Positions 14,456-26,945 of a DNA stretch of 64,000 bases are shown here, piece after piece. Within the stretch, counting starts at the first letter, position 1; every line of letters begins with the position of its first letter. Below the pieces are notes generated by a model that was given only the letters and a program-made list of their open reading frames with translations, was not told where the DNA came from and did no database searches. Origin of the DNA: Tubulanus polymorphus (lineage: Eukaryota; Animalia; Nemertea); NCBI RefSeq assembly GCF_964204645.1, contig NC_134035.1, positions 12,432,451 to 12,496,450 of the forward strand. The letters run 5' to 3'. The translations under genes were made by a program, and so were the position numbers.

Positions 14456-17400
14456 ATGGAAGAGCGTGAGAAACTGCGAGCTGCGGCTAATAGATGGCAG
14501 CAGTTGACGACCAGGGCTAGATTCCGCGCCTTGTCTGACGTCAGGAAAAGATACATGAGACTCAACCGTAAACCAGTACGTGATCCGGGTATCATAATTA
14601 TCAATATTCACGATTAAAGAAGTGGTAGTATGGAAAAGGTGCACCCACTGACCCGATGAAGCTATTGGTGCACTAGTGGTAGCAAAGTCTCGAAATTTCT
14701 AATAAAATCAAGTCAACCTTCATTCACAGATCTATCTGTTTCGACACCAGGTTAACAAGTCTGCTCTCTGCAGCTCGATACGATTTACGAAGAGAAAAAT
14801 GTCAAATATCGATAAATTCCACGATAGATTCTTTAAAAATGAATCAGTTAAAAAATTGTCAAACTGAAGACCCAGTTTTAATCATTAATTTAATCAATAA
14901 TTCTAACGACGGACTGTGATCCAGTTTCACAGCATTGGAGATAGAATCAAAGGCAGTTCATTTTCAATGAGTCAAACCTTAACTCGGAACTTGTGGAACT
15001 GGATTCTGATTACGAATATTTGAAAAGAAGTTCTCTGCGATGATAAATTGTTTCGTATGGTTTTACAGTTACGACGACAGCTCAGATTCTGGTTACGATT
15101 CGTCAAACACATGTGTTCGTTAGCGATAGAACTGAAACGACGGTCGATGGACGCCACGGAGAAAACCGTCGTCTCGGAGTTCTACTACTTGAAAACGAAC
15201 GGACCGTCAGACGTGACCGACGCCGCCTTCGACAAAAACAAATTCAGGCGCAAATTCGACGTAGGTTCAAAAGAGTTGTTTTGTAGAATATTCTTAGAAA
15301 TAACGTATTTGATAGTTGAATACCCTAAATGTAAACGCGTGTGGCAAAAGCTGGTTACGGTTTTGTAAAGTCGCTCTCATGTCACAAATTGAGCAAATTG
15401 GTGAGAATTTTATATTACTATAAATTAGAAATCTAAACAGTTCGAATGTTGCCAAAGTTGGTTTATGTAGTCTTGCACCAAGCCATCAGCGAAAAATTCT
15501 CTTCAAGGCTTGTGGCCCCGCACCATTATCGATCGAGTGCCGTTGATCATTTTTAACTGCCTTGAAGCGCCAACTCATAGTATTTGAATAATTAAATCAT
15601 TTAACCGTGTTCGGAAAGCTTGACGATGACAATGAGTTCTAAAGTATTCAAATACGAATTGATTGTAACATAATTGGGAATTGTGTGGTATGAATGCCTT
15701 TATTTATTTACCAATTACACTCGAGATCGGGCGCAAATCCATCGAGATAATTCTAGCTCACTCAATTTCGGTTGAAATTTTGTGCGATTCATCAAATCGA
15801 GGTGTATTTTGCTTTGTTTTTGTTGTTGTTTTTTTTGAAGGATCGTTTGCCGATATTTCTACAGAAGATAACGCATAAACCGCCGGCGATGAGAACCGAT
15901 GTTGAGTTAAACGGGCTGTTGAAAGTAATGAATCGAATTCGTAGTTTTCAGTATAAATTCACGGACGCGATGCAACATCAGATCTGCCGCACCGTACAGT
16001 ACACGTTGTATGTATCGATTCGGTTTATTTCGTTTTATTAAATGTAGAAAATGCCGCGTTCACCTGGAACGAAAAAGCCACGAAGAAAACCTGAGTATAA
16101 CATTGAAATGCCTTATAGAACGATGACCACACTCAAACGTGGTGAACGGATAATAAGATAAAATCCCACTATTTACAGATTAAAATAATTTAAAAACCAG
16201 AATTTATTTATTAAATCTAAAATATTTAAAAGACACGACGTTTCGATCTCACCCTAGAGATCATCGTCAGGTGAGATCACGTCGTGTCTTTTAAATATTT
16301 TAGATTTAATAAGTAAATTCTGGTTTTTAAATTCTTTTAATCTGTAAATAGTGGGATTTCATCTTATTGAAATGCCTTCGCTATGTACGAATCAATATAT
16401 ACATAATTTCAAGTATCTCACTTTTATCAAAATGAAAACGGGATGTTTCGGGACAATTATCATTATCAGGACCCAATGCTACTAGTCAGACTAGTTTTAA
16501 CAAGCCCACAATTATCAAGAAAAAGCACGGACTCTAAAACGTTTTAGAGTCCATTGAAAAACTAAGAGAATAGTGAAATTCGAGACCTTTTCCTATATTA
16601 AGAGAGCGAAGTTTCGAGCCATTTTAAAAACTTGAAAATGAAATTCATTCATTAAGAATTGAAATGAAAAATTAAGACACGACGTTTTGAATTTTCTAGA
16701 GGGACCAACCTAAGGCGTCTTTTTAGACTTTTTATTTTAATTCTTGAGAAATTAATTTCGTTTTAATCTAAATTGTCTGTGTACGTATTGGGGTTTAGTT
16801 TGATTATCTATTTTCCACGGGCTTCGTGTTGTTTTTATTTTTGTGTATAGTTGTGAGAAAGGTCGTGTGATCGTACGTCAAGATCACGTCGGGTACAATT
16901 TCTACTTCATATACACCGGTTCGTGTCTCGTACAGAAAAACAAACTCGACCCCGAAACGATGCAACCGACCACAGTTACTGAACACGTGTTGAGAAAGGG
17001 TGATAGTTTCGGGGTAAGTGTGTGACTGATAGGGCTGGAAGTGACTAAGGGGTTAAGATATTCATATGCGGCCTATGTAATTGAATATTTAATGTAGTTA
17101 TCTAACAAGCAAGAAGCACACAGCGGTCGAAGAAAAACATTTTAAACTGAAATGGCATTTTTGTTTGGGAACCAAGCAAAATCATGTTTTCCTGCTTCGC
17201 TTCCTGGCAAGTGTGGTGGGTTCACGGGACATAAAATCATAAAAATCAAACGAAATCTACCAATTAAATAGATAACATGCTCAATCCCTGTTTAAAGATA
17301 AAAAAGATCGTGTTTTCCTCGCATTGCTTCCAGCAGATGTGGTGGGTTCGTAAGGGACGCCGAATCAAATCTACCAATCAAATAACTTACAATCCGTATT

Positions 17401-20400
17401 TAAGATGAAAAAGGTTTTTTCAAAAAGTTAGTAATCGCTCTGTTTTATCCACCACCCATTTATATCTATTCGTATTATAGGAGTTGGCTTTGTTGGGCGA
17501 TGGATTGAGAACAGCTTCGATCATCTGCGGCGAAGCGACCGAAATATTTCAAATCGAAAAAGATACGTTCATGGAATTTTGTCCGGACATATTTCAAAAA
17601 GAGATGGATTTTAAAATTCAATTCGCCAGGTAAGGAGACTCACAGGACCCAAGCAGATCGACAGCCGATGTATTGGTTCACTTCTAGTTTCAAAAATCTT
17701 TCTCTAGTGGTTCCTCGTTTACTAAAATTTCAGAAGTTTTTCGCTGTTCGAAAGCGTCGATTTCGAGCCACTGCGAAACCTGTGTTTCCAGTCTCAGATC
17801 ACTGAAATACCGGACGGTAAACTGATATCACACGACTGGTCTCACGATCCAAATATATATTTCATTCTCAAAGTAAGTGATTCGGAGAAATAAAATCGAA
17901 GTTCCGAGAAGCAGAACAGCAGGACCCAGTTCCACAATTCTGAGTTTAGATTGAACCCACGAGTCAAAGATTGAACTAATTGATTCAAAATATACTAAAG
18001 AACTGGATCCAGAACAGTGGACACTGATCTATGGTATATTTCATGATAGGATTTAGATCGAATGGAAATAAAAATGTTACATTATAGTATGAATTACCAG
18101 GGTCTTTGTATAAATTCACGGTTGGGTTAAAATTTCACAGAAAAGTTGTGATTAGTGTAAGTTATGAAATCTAAATATTTGTTTTCATGTAGGGACGGAT
18201 TCTGTTGCTGAGAAAGTTGGATCTTCGACGAGTGCACGAACAGTACAACGTCACCGTACGAGTTAATATGAATAAAAAAATCCCGTGGCCCAGAGAAGTG
18301 ATCGGTTCGAACTATTGTCGTTACGCGGCGGTTGGGCTTTTACAAGCCGGCCAATATACGGTAACTTATCATACGTAGTACGAATAGCGACTGCGAGTAC
18401 AAAAAGCAGTTTGAACATGTAGAACTTTCACCATTTCGTGCTAATTTAAGGTATCACAGTAAATACAGTGAAAGTTATGAGTTATCTTTTGAGAAAAGTT
18501 TAGTGAAAAGACCGAATAGTATTGTGTCACTGACGTAGATTTGTTATGTAAATGGGATCGAATCCCGGTGGTGGCTGGGTTTCATTGTCGAAGGGTCTCT
18601 TTCTTTACGACGAAAAAATGAACACGCTGATAATAATGCCCCCAGTGGCGTTCAGTGGGGTTGCTTTGAGACAGCTCGAACTAACTAATAAAATCCGAGT
18701 TGGCACTAGAGAGGTATATACGATAGTCTCTCGCACCTTCCTGCTAACTGGCACTGATTCAAAGCAAATAAACTCATTCTGCATACAAATTGGTGTTGTA
18801 AGCGATTAGGTAAAACAGTTTTGGATACAATAATATCAGCCACAATCAGTAGTTTGACGGCATCACAGGCAATGCCAATATTTGAAATGACACACGTGAG
18901 CTTACAGCACCGGCTCAGATATACACAATGCATCATTCACATTTGTGCGTTGAACACGTTGGACCTGAATAATTAATCGAACTGAACCTCTGAACTGAAT
19001 ATTGTGTGAATTCATAGAATATGTTAAACGAAACGAAATCGAAAGCACGAAGAAGAATGTGGTTCTCTGATTGAAAATATCCAAGATAGTACCAAAAAAC
19101 CCTGTATAGATTTAGACGTAGAAAACCAATAATCGACTCGTCGTTTCTATCGTTACCTTTTTCGCATCCATCTTCAGAGAATTTATTGTCATATTCAAAT
19201 TGAAATTATATCGGTTAAGTTAGAATGATAGAGTTATTACCTAGTCGTCTAGAATCTATGCCTTTAGATTGATTATTCAAATTGTACACACATTTTTTCC
19301 ATGTGAATATGGATTTTTTTCGTACCTTCGTAAATCTATTTTTCACTTTATTCTTTATTTACGAAATACTGACTTTATCATTCATTATTCATTAAATGTT
19401 TTATCTGAGGTATTCTGCACGAAACGATCGAGTTCAAGTTCATTTCACAGATAGCTAAGAATTATATCCAGACAAAGAAAACTGACATGAAGTATTGACA
19501 AAATTTTACGTTAAAACAACGAGTTCGTTCTTATTGATTTCAAACTAATAACTGTTACTGCTATTAGTCTAGTACAATCTCGTCTCGTATAGATTTATTT
19601 TCTGTATTTTACGCCTAAATCATTTCTCTCTCTTCTTTTGACGCAGGATTTGCGGATTTTGAACGAAAATTTGGCCAGTCAAATACCGAGCTTAATCATG
19701 GTCAGCGAGGGCGTGTCCGTGCTGCGCATGTCCGTGTTTCTTATTCGAAGTCTCGTTCCGCGGCAAATCATCGACAACTTCCTGCGAAAATCATTCAAAC
19801 CGTTTAGGTGAGGATTTTTACGTAGCATCTCCATATCGTGCATCCACTCACAGTGCATCCACTCACAGTGCATCCACTCACAGTGCATCCACTCACAGTG
19901 CATCCACTTACAGTGCATCCACCCACAGTGCATCCACCCACAGTGCACCTGACGGACTTGTATCTCCTCAGTTCCTGACAAAAATCAACTCAACGAGCAC
20001 GCGTTCGAATTATATGGCATTGCGTTTATTTCCGATTAAATCTAAAAATCTCAAATTCACCTGTGATATGATATCATGACGTAACCATGAAACTAGCAGT
20101 AATGATGGCTGATGTGACAACTTGTATTCATAATATTCACAATTCAACATGTATATAATACATCAATACTGACAGTACTGTATTCAGTGACGACACCATC
20201 CCCTCACAGTGCTGTATTCAGTGACGACACCATCCCCTCACAGTGCTGTGTTCAGTGACGACACCATCCCCTCACAGTGCTGTGTTCAGTGACGACACCA
20301 TCCCCTCACAGTGCTGTGTTCAGTGACGACACCATCCCCTCACAGTGCTGTGTTCAGTGACGACACCATCCCCTCACAGTGCTGTGTTCAGTGACGACAC

Positions 20401-20968
20401 CATCCCCTCACAGTGCTGTGTTCGAATTCTCAGATTTGAATATTCATGATGAAATATCTAAAAATGTAGAGAGAATCCCACAATGATAAGAAAAAGTCCG
20501 AAAATGTAACTTCGAGATAGTAGTTTATTTCAACGTTAAATACGTTTATAGTTATTTCAACGTTAAATAGTTTCAACGTTGAATAAACTACTATCTCGAA
20601 GTTACATTTTCGGACTTTTTATCATCATTGTGGGATTCTCTCTACATCGCGTCAACACAGATATAGTGTTCTATCAATCGTGATCTAAAAATGTATCTTT
20701 AGTATTATGATTCTATATTTTCATGTACGCATACAGCATTCCCGGAGATAAAGAACTCAGTCAACGCGTTCTCGAAAACCTCAACTGGCAGCATTTCAAA
20801 TCGAAACTAACCGAAACTCTGAGACTCGAACGATCAGGCGGAGCAGTGGCTAGTGTAGCGGCCACTGCGAAAGGAACGAGCGGTTGGTCGAGGTGGCCCG
20901 GTCGATCTCGACTACCGAAATCAGCTCCTCCCAGGACCCGATGTCCGACTTTCCCGCATTTAGCGTAA
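14456..20968 (+). CDS. Cyclic nucleotide-binding domain protein, CNBD2-like (~496 aa, two CNB domains)
   Basis: Phase-consistent exons 14456-14575, 15069-15260, 15841-16007, 16851-17013, 17481-17629, 17734-17872, 18193-18360, 19647-19807, 20737-20968. CNB motifs GRVIVRQDHVGYNFYFIYTG and GDSFGELALLGDGLRTASI; second, degenerate domain IYFILKG...SLIMVSEG; C-terminal PGDKEL...NWQHFK. The start exon is less certain. Confidence 0.85.
16115..16365 (-). mobile_element. Palindromic Penelope-like terminal-repeat insertion (family A) with hammerhead motif
   Basis: Long inverted arms. 13-bp direct repeat attgaaatgcctt at 16102-16114 and 16366-16378 (TSD). Minus-strand CTGACGA-T-GATCTC-TAGGGT-GAGATC-GAAA-CGTC at 16237-16270. 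Same family at ~24340-24500 and ~26820-26945. Confidence 0.75.
17182..17410. repeat. Two-copy imperfect tandem duplication (~125 bp) in a CNBD intron
   Basis: tc(a/g)tgttttcct...tgtggtgggttc...aaatctaccaat(t/c)aaata repeated at ~17182 and ~17308. Confidence 0.65.
18552..18662 (+). mobile_element. tRNA-derived SINE-like fragment (related copies at ~46401-46495 and ~49220-49322)
   Basis: B-box-like gg(a/t)tcgaatc followed by gg(t/g)ggc(t/a)g(g/a)gtttc...gtggcg(t/c)tc(a/g)g(t/c)gg in three places. Confidence 0.5.
19838..19948. repeat. 15-bp minisatellite (catccactcacagtg) x7
   Basis: Units start at 19841 with a 15-bp period. Confidence 0.95.
20172..20422. repeat. 34-bp minisatellite (cagtgacgacaccatcccctcacagtgctgtgtt) x7
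   Basis: Units at 20185, 20219, 20253, 20287, 20321, 20355, 20389. Confidence 0.95.
20469..20682. mobile_element. Palindromic Penelope-like insertion (family B), ribozyme core deleted
   Basis: Inverted arms gagagaatcccaca...tgtgggattctctc nearly identical to the 55.8 kb element. 13-bp TSD atctaaaaatgta at 20456-20468 and 20683-20695. Confidence 0.75.
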
Positions 20969-21857
20969 CACTGAGATTAACCAGAAAGACCGGCTTTATT
21001 GATTAGTATTAACTTAAACCCAGTGGATTAGAAAATAATTGAGTTAACCGGGTTTCAAGCTAGTCTATGAAAATACCCAGGTCATTGTTCTGATACGAGC
21101 CGTATGAATTTTGGAGTCCCATTTCCCAATGTTTGGTACTTTGTCTGTGGTTGCGTCTTCGGCCAATTGATAACGACCACCATTCATTCAGTATTTCTTA
21201 CAACGCAGTTTTTCTTGTGTTCGGCGCATCTTGAAAATATGTAAATAAAATCATGATGAATTCAATAAATGAAACGTATATAGATAGAAACAATGCGATT
21301 AACGCTTGTAATTATTCCGACATTCCAACATGTATTCGTTCAAGTTCGTTTATATCATGTAAGCATGCTTTTTATATATTTTCAAAAAAGACGGAATTTT
21401 TCGCTCGCAAACGCCGCATAATTTAGAACTGGTTCACGGGATTTACGATGATTCAGCTTTTTCAACAGTTTACAGTTATTTGACAAACTGATGGTCTAAC
21501 TGAAGATATCAGTGACAAAAATAGAACAATACACATCATTAAATAGCGGCTAGTGTCAATTTTACACCGATATTTTACCAATTTTACTTATATTAAGATA
21601 CATAACTAATACAACGTTACGATGTCCCTTGTCTGAGTGATGATTATTTATACTGGTTTCGCTTAATTGAACATTTTCTGTCATTATATTTGGTCCTTTG
21701 AATGTCAAGGGCTGGACAACATAATATATAGTGAAATTCATCCCCTAGATCACTGTTGCAAAGAGGACAAATCCTATTTTCTCTCTGTACTTTTATCCAT
21801 GTGCAAGTTTCAATTGGAAGTTTGTGGTAGTTCTAAATCTACTTACACTATATATCA

Positions 21858-21960
21858 GGACCCGGTTCCACAGTTGTGAGTTAGAGTTAACTCTGAGTTA
21901 AAGTTAGTTCATTTTTAACTCAGAGTTAAATCTTAAATCGGAACTGTGGAACTGGACCCT
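21858..21960. mobile_element. Short MITE family (gacc(c/g)(a/g)gttccacag...ctgtggaactgg); relatives near 14870-15005, 17923-18010, 30465-30565, 33398-33543, 41460-41560
   Basis: Terminal inverted repeats around a gagttaactctgagttaa core, repeated many times in the window. Confidence 0.7.
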
Positions 21961-22817
21961 GCAGTGAAATTGCAGGCTATGATTATATCTTTGATTAGAG
22001 AATAACCGTCACCTTTATGTGATTCCCTTGTGGATGCTCTCCATTCTTGGAGGAACTGGTCCATCAGTTTTTGCTTTAAAGTGGATTTCTGCCATCTAGT
22101 ATTTGGAAAGGATTGTTGATCCCATATGTTGTTTAGCCCTACGGAATACAGAATGATTTTTTTTACGTTGCTTATTCATTTAAAATTTGGAACTATGCAT
22201 TAGTGTAAAAGTTATTGATTATTCCTGCTGTATGTGACATGCCGGATAAAAAGAACGACATTTTTTATATCGCATTCAGTTGAGATTGTGAAGCAGTCTT
22301 TCATGTATCGAGTCGCCGTCGCAGTAACTGCAATTTTTTTTCGGAATTTGAACATGTGTCGTTTTCTCGTCTTGACGTACTTCGTGTTTGTCTGCGCTTT
22401 TCTAGGTAAGTGCATAATACACATACATTTTACTATTCATAAACAGTTGATTTAAGATTTCAATAGAAAGAGGTGTATATTTTTTCAGTCAGAAATGGAT
22501 TCTCATTCTCTGTCTACTTTAAATCGAATGATTCCATTTTCTATTTATTTGAACGTGTAGTAAATTCAATCAGCTAATTCTTTCAATTACTAATCACACA
22601 CGCGTTGACCGAGTCGATTCATTGCTCTTAGCTCGGAATTATATTAACAGCTATTTTTCCTGCCATAATTGATAAAAAGAAAACCTCACGATGAGGGATA
22701 GAAATAGATAAAGAAAAAACGGCAGATGTTTTCTTAATCATGACCATTGAAGAAACACTATTCCGTGTTGTAACGGTATAGTAGAGAATCCCACACTGAT
22801 AAAACAAAAGATGAAGT

Positions 22818-22861
22818 CATTCCTGAAGATGAATATTAGGTTATAGTCGAAACGTCGAATG
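22818..22861 (+). ncRNA. Minimal type-I hammerhead ribozyme motif (family B) inside a Penelope-like palindrome (~22770-22945)
   Basis: CATTC-CTGAAGA-T-GAATAT-TAGGTT-ATAGTC-GAAA-CGTC-GAATG: 5-bp stem I, stem II with one mismatch, palindromic ACGT stem III, GUC cleavage triplet. Confidence 0.65.
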
Positions 22862-23673
22862 AATAAAAAACACATCAGCTACATAGGTAACATTTTTCGG
22901 ACTTCATCTTTCGTTTTATCAGCGTGGCCCGGATTCTCTACTATATTTTCTTTATCGATTTATAGCCGATTAGAAGGCAATGAAGGTGCATCTCAATTGA
23001 TTCAACATCGTTTTTTGATTTATTGTACAGTGAGGTACACAAAACCGACAGGTTTAGGAACAATAATGTTTTTACTGTTTATTGATGCACGATATAATAA
23101 TTACGTGGTACATAAAATATTCTTTAATCATCCTGTCTCATTTTATTGGTTAATTTTGACTATACAACTAAAATTAGTTGATTTGAAATTTTGACTCGAG
23201 AGTTTGTAAGTGTTTTTTTGCGTATTCTTTAGTTATTGAATGAAAGGAAACGAATTATTCGGGTCCATATGTGGAAAGAGGACAGTCGCTGGTGAGATGT
23301 CCACTTGGTCTAGTGAGAGTAGCCTGTACATGTGAACCATGGTGGAGCAAATCTTGCGATGGTGCTAAATTTGCGAGTAAAGGCTGTAGAGCTTACAATC
23401 GTGGCGGAGCTGAAAGAGCGAGGGTAAATAGAGAAAGTTTCATCTTTAAATTAGAAATAATCACATCTCTGTGATCCTTACACTGCTCATTGGGTATTCT
23501 TGTAATCGAAAATATGTAATTCTAATTTCAGAGCGTTGTAACATGCACCGACGATGATACGAATATCTATTACACTGTAACATCGGCATTGGTTGCGAGT
23601 CCGGCAATAACGTGTCCTCTTAATTCAAAAGCTGTCTCCTGCACTGTGACTGTGAAATCCGGGTGAGTTTATA

Positions 23674-23969
23674 AGCCGAGATCACACGGAGACGATTTGG
23701 CCCGGGCCAAAAATGCGTTCACACGCAAACGATTCATTCGATATTAAACAATACCCAAAAAAATGAAGTGGGTCATTTCCGGTACCAGTTGCAATTCAAA
23801 CGCAATAATTTGTCTAGTGCTAAAATTTGGCTCGGGCATGGTCCGAAGTTTTTGGTCGGACCAAATTTGGCCCGGGACAACTGTTCACATGGATGCCCTG
23901 TTTGTTTGGCCCGACCAAAAACGTCGGACCAGGCCCGAGCCAAATTTTAGCACTCGTGTGATCGCGGCT
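23674..23969. mobile_element. MITE with agccg(a/c)gatcacacg TIRs; related partial copies at ~56760-56990 and ~60295-60480
   Basis: Left agccgagatcacacgg, right ctcgtgtgatcgcggct. Internal inverted gtgctaaaatttggctcgggc / gcccgagccaaattttagcac. Confidence 0.7.
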
Positions 23970-24340
23970 ATAGTCTATCATCATATTAATTCTGAGATGA
24001 AAAACCGCCTAGATCATTAATTCAACCAATATTCCGCTAACATTTAAATAATTGCACATAGAATAGAATACATTACATACTGGTTTGATAGGTTTTCCCG
24101 ATTTTGCATTACATTATCATTTGAGAAATTTGACAAAGAAAGATATTGGTCTACTACTGGTTGACAGTTAAGTGCAGTGCCCGTAGAGTGCATTATAGTA
24201 CTCATTTGGTTTTTCTGCCCCTGAAAACAGACCAATTTAGTGCTAATATATTGATTGGCAATAACGAGCGCTCGCTATCATTTTTAATATCAATGGGATT
24301 CGCTCACCAATTTCACCTACGAGCAATTATCTAATTAGAT

Positions 24341-24501
24341 AGAACGATAACCACACTTAAACGTGGTGAACGGATAATAAGATAAAAAAAACCCACTACA
24401 GATTGAAAGAATTAAAAAACAAGAATTTGTTTATTCAATTTAAAATATATAGAAGACACGACGTTTCGATCTCACCCTAGAGATCATCGTCAGGTGTGAG
24501 A
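24341..24501 (-). mobile_element. Penelope-like insertion (family A) with intact hammerhead motif at 24456-24497 (-)
   Basis: ACAC-CTGACGA-T-GATCTC-TAGGGT-GAGATC-GAAA-CGTC-GTGT on the minus strand. 10-bp TSD taattagata; inserted into the centre of a palindrome ctacgagcaattatctaattagataattgctcgtag. Confidence 0.72.
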
Positions 24502-26819
24502 TAATTAGATAATTGCTCGTAGATTTCACGCACGGCGCGCAAAGACTAATGAAAGCATGTACCTTCAGAATGGTGACTGATTCGGGCCATAGTACATAAA
24601 CTTTATTGTCTGTTGATAATAAACTATTGACAAATAACATACAATGACACATTTCTAAAGATGGTAACAACAATTTATAGTCCGAAAAAATCCGAAATAA
24701 CGCAAAACATTATACATCTAATAATCGAGTTGTCCTAAGCTTTTCCATAACTTAAAAAAATCTAGAGATATTTTGAAACATAACAAATTTATCGGTGTTC
24801 GGGTGTACAAAATAATTTCTAGGGATGTATTGAGATCTGGGAGTAGCGAATGTGGGACATGCTTATATAAAACGTGGTATAAAATCTTCAATTCGATCAT
24901 CAATAGGGCAGGTTCGATTCTCATAAAGTAGCGGTTGTGGTCGTCGCCATCTGCCTGTTTCTACACATAGATTATGATTCGAGCATCGGTACCTATTAAA
25001 AGTTATTCTGATCCACTTTGGTAAATCTAGGTATCGTTCATATACAATATTTTAGTCTTGTAGCAACGATAGTAAAAGGCTCTACCTGATAACGAGAGAA
25101 ATCCCGCAATAAATTCAGCCAAAAATGAAAAGTTTAAAAGTAAACGGCTCTATTTGATCTCTGTGGGACGTTTTGAAAGCATTGAGTATACTGATCTTTT
25201 AAACGTTGTTCTATGGAATTGATAAACCATGATTCGTTCTCAACACCTCGACGGATCCAGAATTCTCCGAAGCCTAACTGGTTTAATAAATCATTTACAC
25301 TTGCGGTCCAGATAGATATATCATGGACGTATAAACTAGATTATCTAGTTTATACGTCCATGGATATACCGATATCAGACATTACATCATACATTTTTCT
25401 TATCAACTTATCTGGTTTTGATTTGAGCACTTTTAACCAGAACTTAATTATCTGGATTCGATGTTGGATATTCAAAAGGAATAGGCCTTATTCTCCGTAT
25501 AAAAGTCTGCAAAAAAAGTCAGGCGTGGATTGTTTAACTCCTAAGGAGCCCGGTGGGGACATGGTGAGAAATGAATATATATTTTTTTCGTTCCGGGCCT
25601 CCGTAGTCCTAACATTCTTACTGGTGATAAAGTATGTCTGAAGAATCTAAATATTTAAGCATGCCTGCTTGATTCTCGAATATTCGGGACAAGAAAAGCC
25701 CTGAATAGCCTACGCAAATAGACTATCGGTTTTGTGAAACATTTATCCGTCCAGATTTTCTAAATTACCGAAATCTGTCTTGTTGATTGTAGTTATGGCT
25801 ATTCGAATAAAACACTTGTGATCATAAATGGTGGAAACACGTGTAAAGTTGGCGGATGCAATGAGTGTAGCGTTCAAGCAAGATGTAAGATCAGTAAGTA
25901 CAGAATACGGTTAGCGGTAAAAGTTCCCCTACTGTTGAATGCTTCGTATTTCATATAAGGAAAAACTATTTTCACGATAGCAAAAAGTCAAACACATTTT
26001 GCCACTAGAAATGATGATTAATGATGAATAGAATTGGAAAAATATTTTCATTTGAAATGTTCTTAAAACATCATAAGAGGGGATTTTTTTACCCAATTTG
26101 ATGAATTGGAGAATTACGATCGAAATGTCGCGTCCTTTTGATTCAATCGAATGACACAATCTTATTATTTTTTTGACCGACACATTTATTTTGTATGTTA
26201 TTATTTTAAGACATGCAATGTTCAGACACGGCGATCTATTGATACAAAATTCCACAATAAGAATCACGAATTGAGTCCGAAATATTTCCTTGAGCCAATG
26301 TATAAAAGAGTAGAAATGTTGAATAAACAATAACTCTTGAAAACATTTCGGTGCCGGGTTTCTTTCTTGTGGGATTTTATATTATCGTTACAGCGCGGAC
26401 TCTGACTGTTTCATCCATGTTTATGCTTATCTATTGGCTCTGTCCTGAACTCTCTCACTCATTATCAAATAGTTGATAAAATGCCTGTTTTATTTTTTTT
26501 TTCAGGTAAACAGAAAAATGATGATATTGGTTGTATATTCCGTAATCTCACATCACCAATGGTTCCATATGCAAGTGTGCTTCATAAAAAGATTAGGACA
26601 ATATCGGAGACTGAGTGCGCCGGAGCATGTGTTAAAGAAATCGCTCACTGTAGATCTATAGAATATTTCTCAGGCGCAAGATGTTCACTGAAAAGGTGTA
26701 ATCTACTCAGAGAAACTGATAGACGATTCAAGAAGAGAAAAACCGGATGGATTTATAAAAGCGTCGACCCCAGCACTATCACAGTTTCGTAAAAAAGATC
26801 GAACAATGTAGAAATTAGT

Positions 26820-26945
26820 ACGATACCCACACTCAAACATAGTGAACAGATGATAAGATAAAAACCCACTATTTACAAAAAGAACACGACGTTTCGATCC
26901 TGACGATGATCTCTAGGGTGAGATCGAAACGTCGTGTTCTTATAT
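26820..26945 (+). mobile_element. Penelope-like family A remnant just 3' of the copy 1 stop codon
   Basis: Shares ccacactcaaac...gataagataaaacccactattta with the 16.1 kb copy. Hammerhead core CTGACGA...GAAACGTC at 26900-26933 inside a hairpin; stem I broken. Confidence 0.65.

Larger units (their letters stand above)
22354..26792 (+). pseudogene. Array copy 1: secreted resistin/PCSK9-CTD-like x2 + PAN protein with in-frame TGA at codon 21 (nonsense allele, or possible recoding)
   Basis: Exons 22354-22405, 23233-23423, 23532-23662, 25793-25893, 26506-26792 with phases 1,0,2,1 as in all paralogs. The only lesion is TGA at 23241-23243, where the other copies have TGC. Confidence 0.75.

Noticed and set aside
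18920-19130. Possible very old PAN-exon remnant (CEFIEY-like) in a CNBD intron
   Set aside because: Similarity is limited to a few residues, with stops and frameshifts; could be chance.
19679-19981. ORF with MHCEW repeats resembling a metal-binding peptide
   Set aside because: Translation of the 15-bp minisatellite, antisense to a CNBD exon and intron; no independent coding evidence.
20172-20422. 34-bp repeats as a CRISPR array
   Set aside because: Head-to-tail units with no spacers, eukaryotic intron context, no cas genes.
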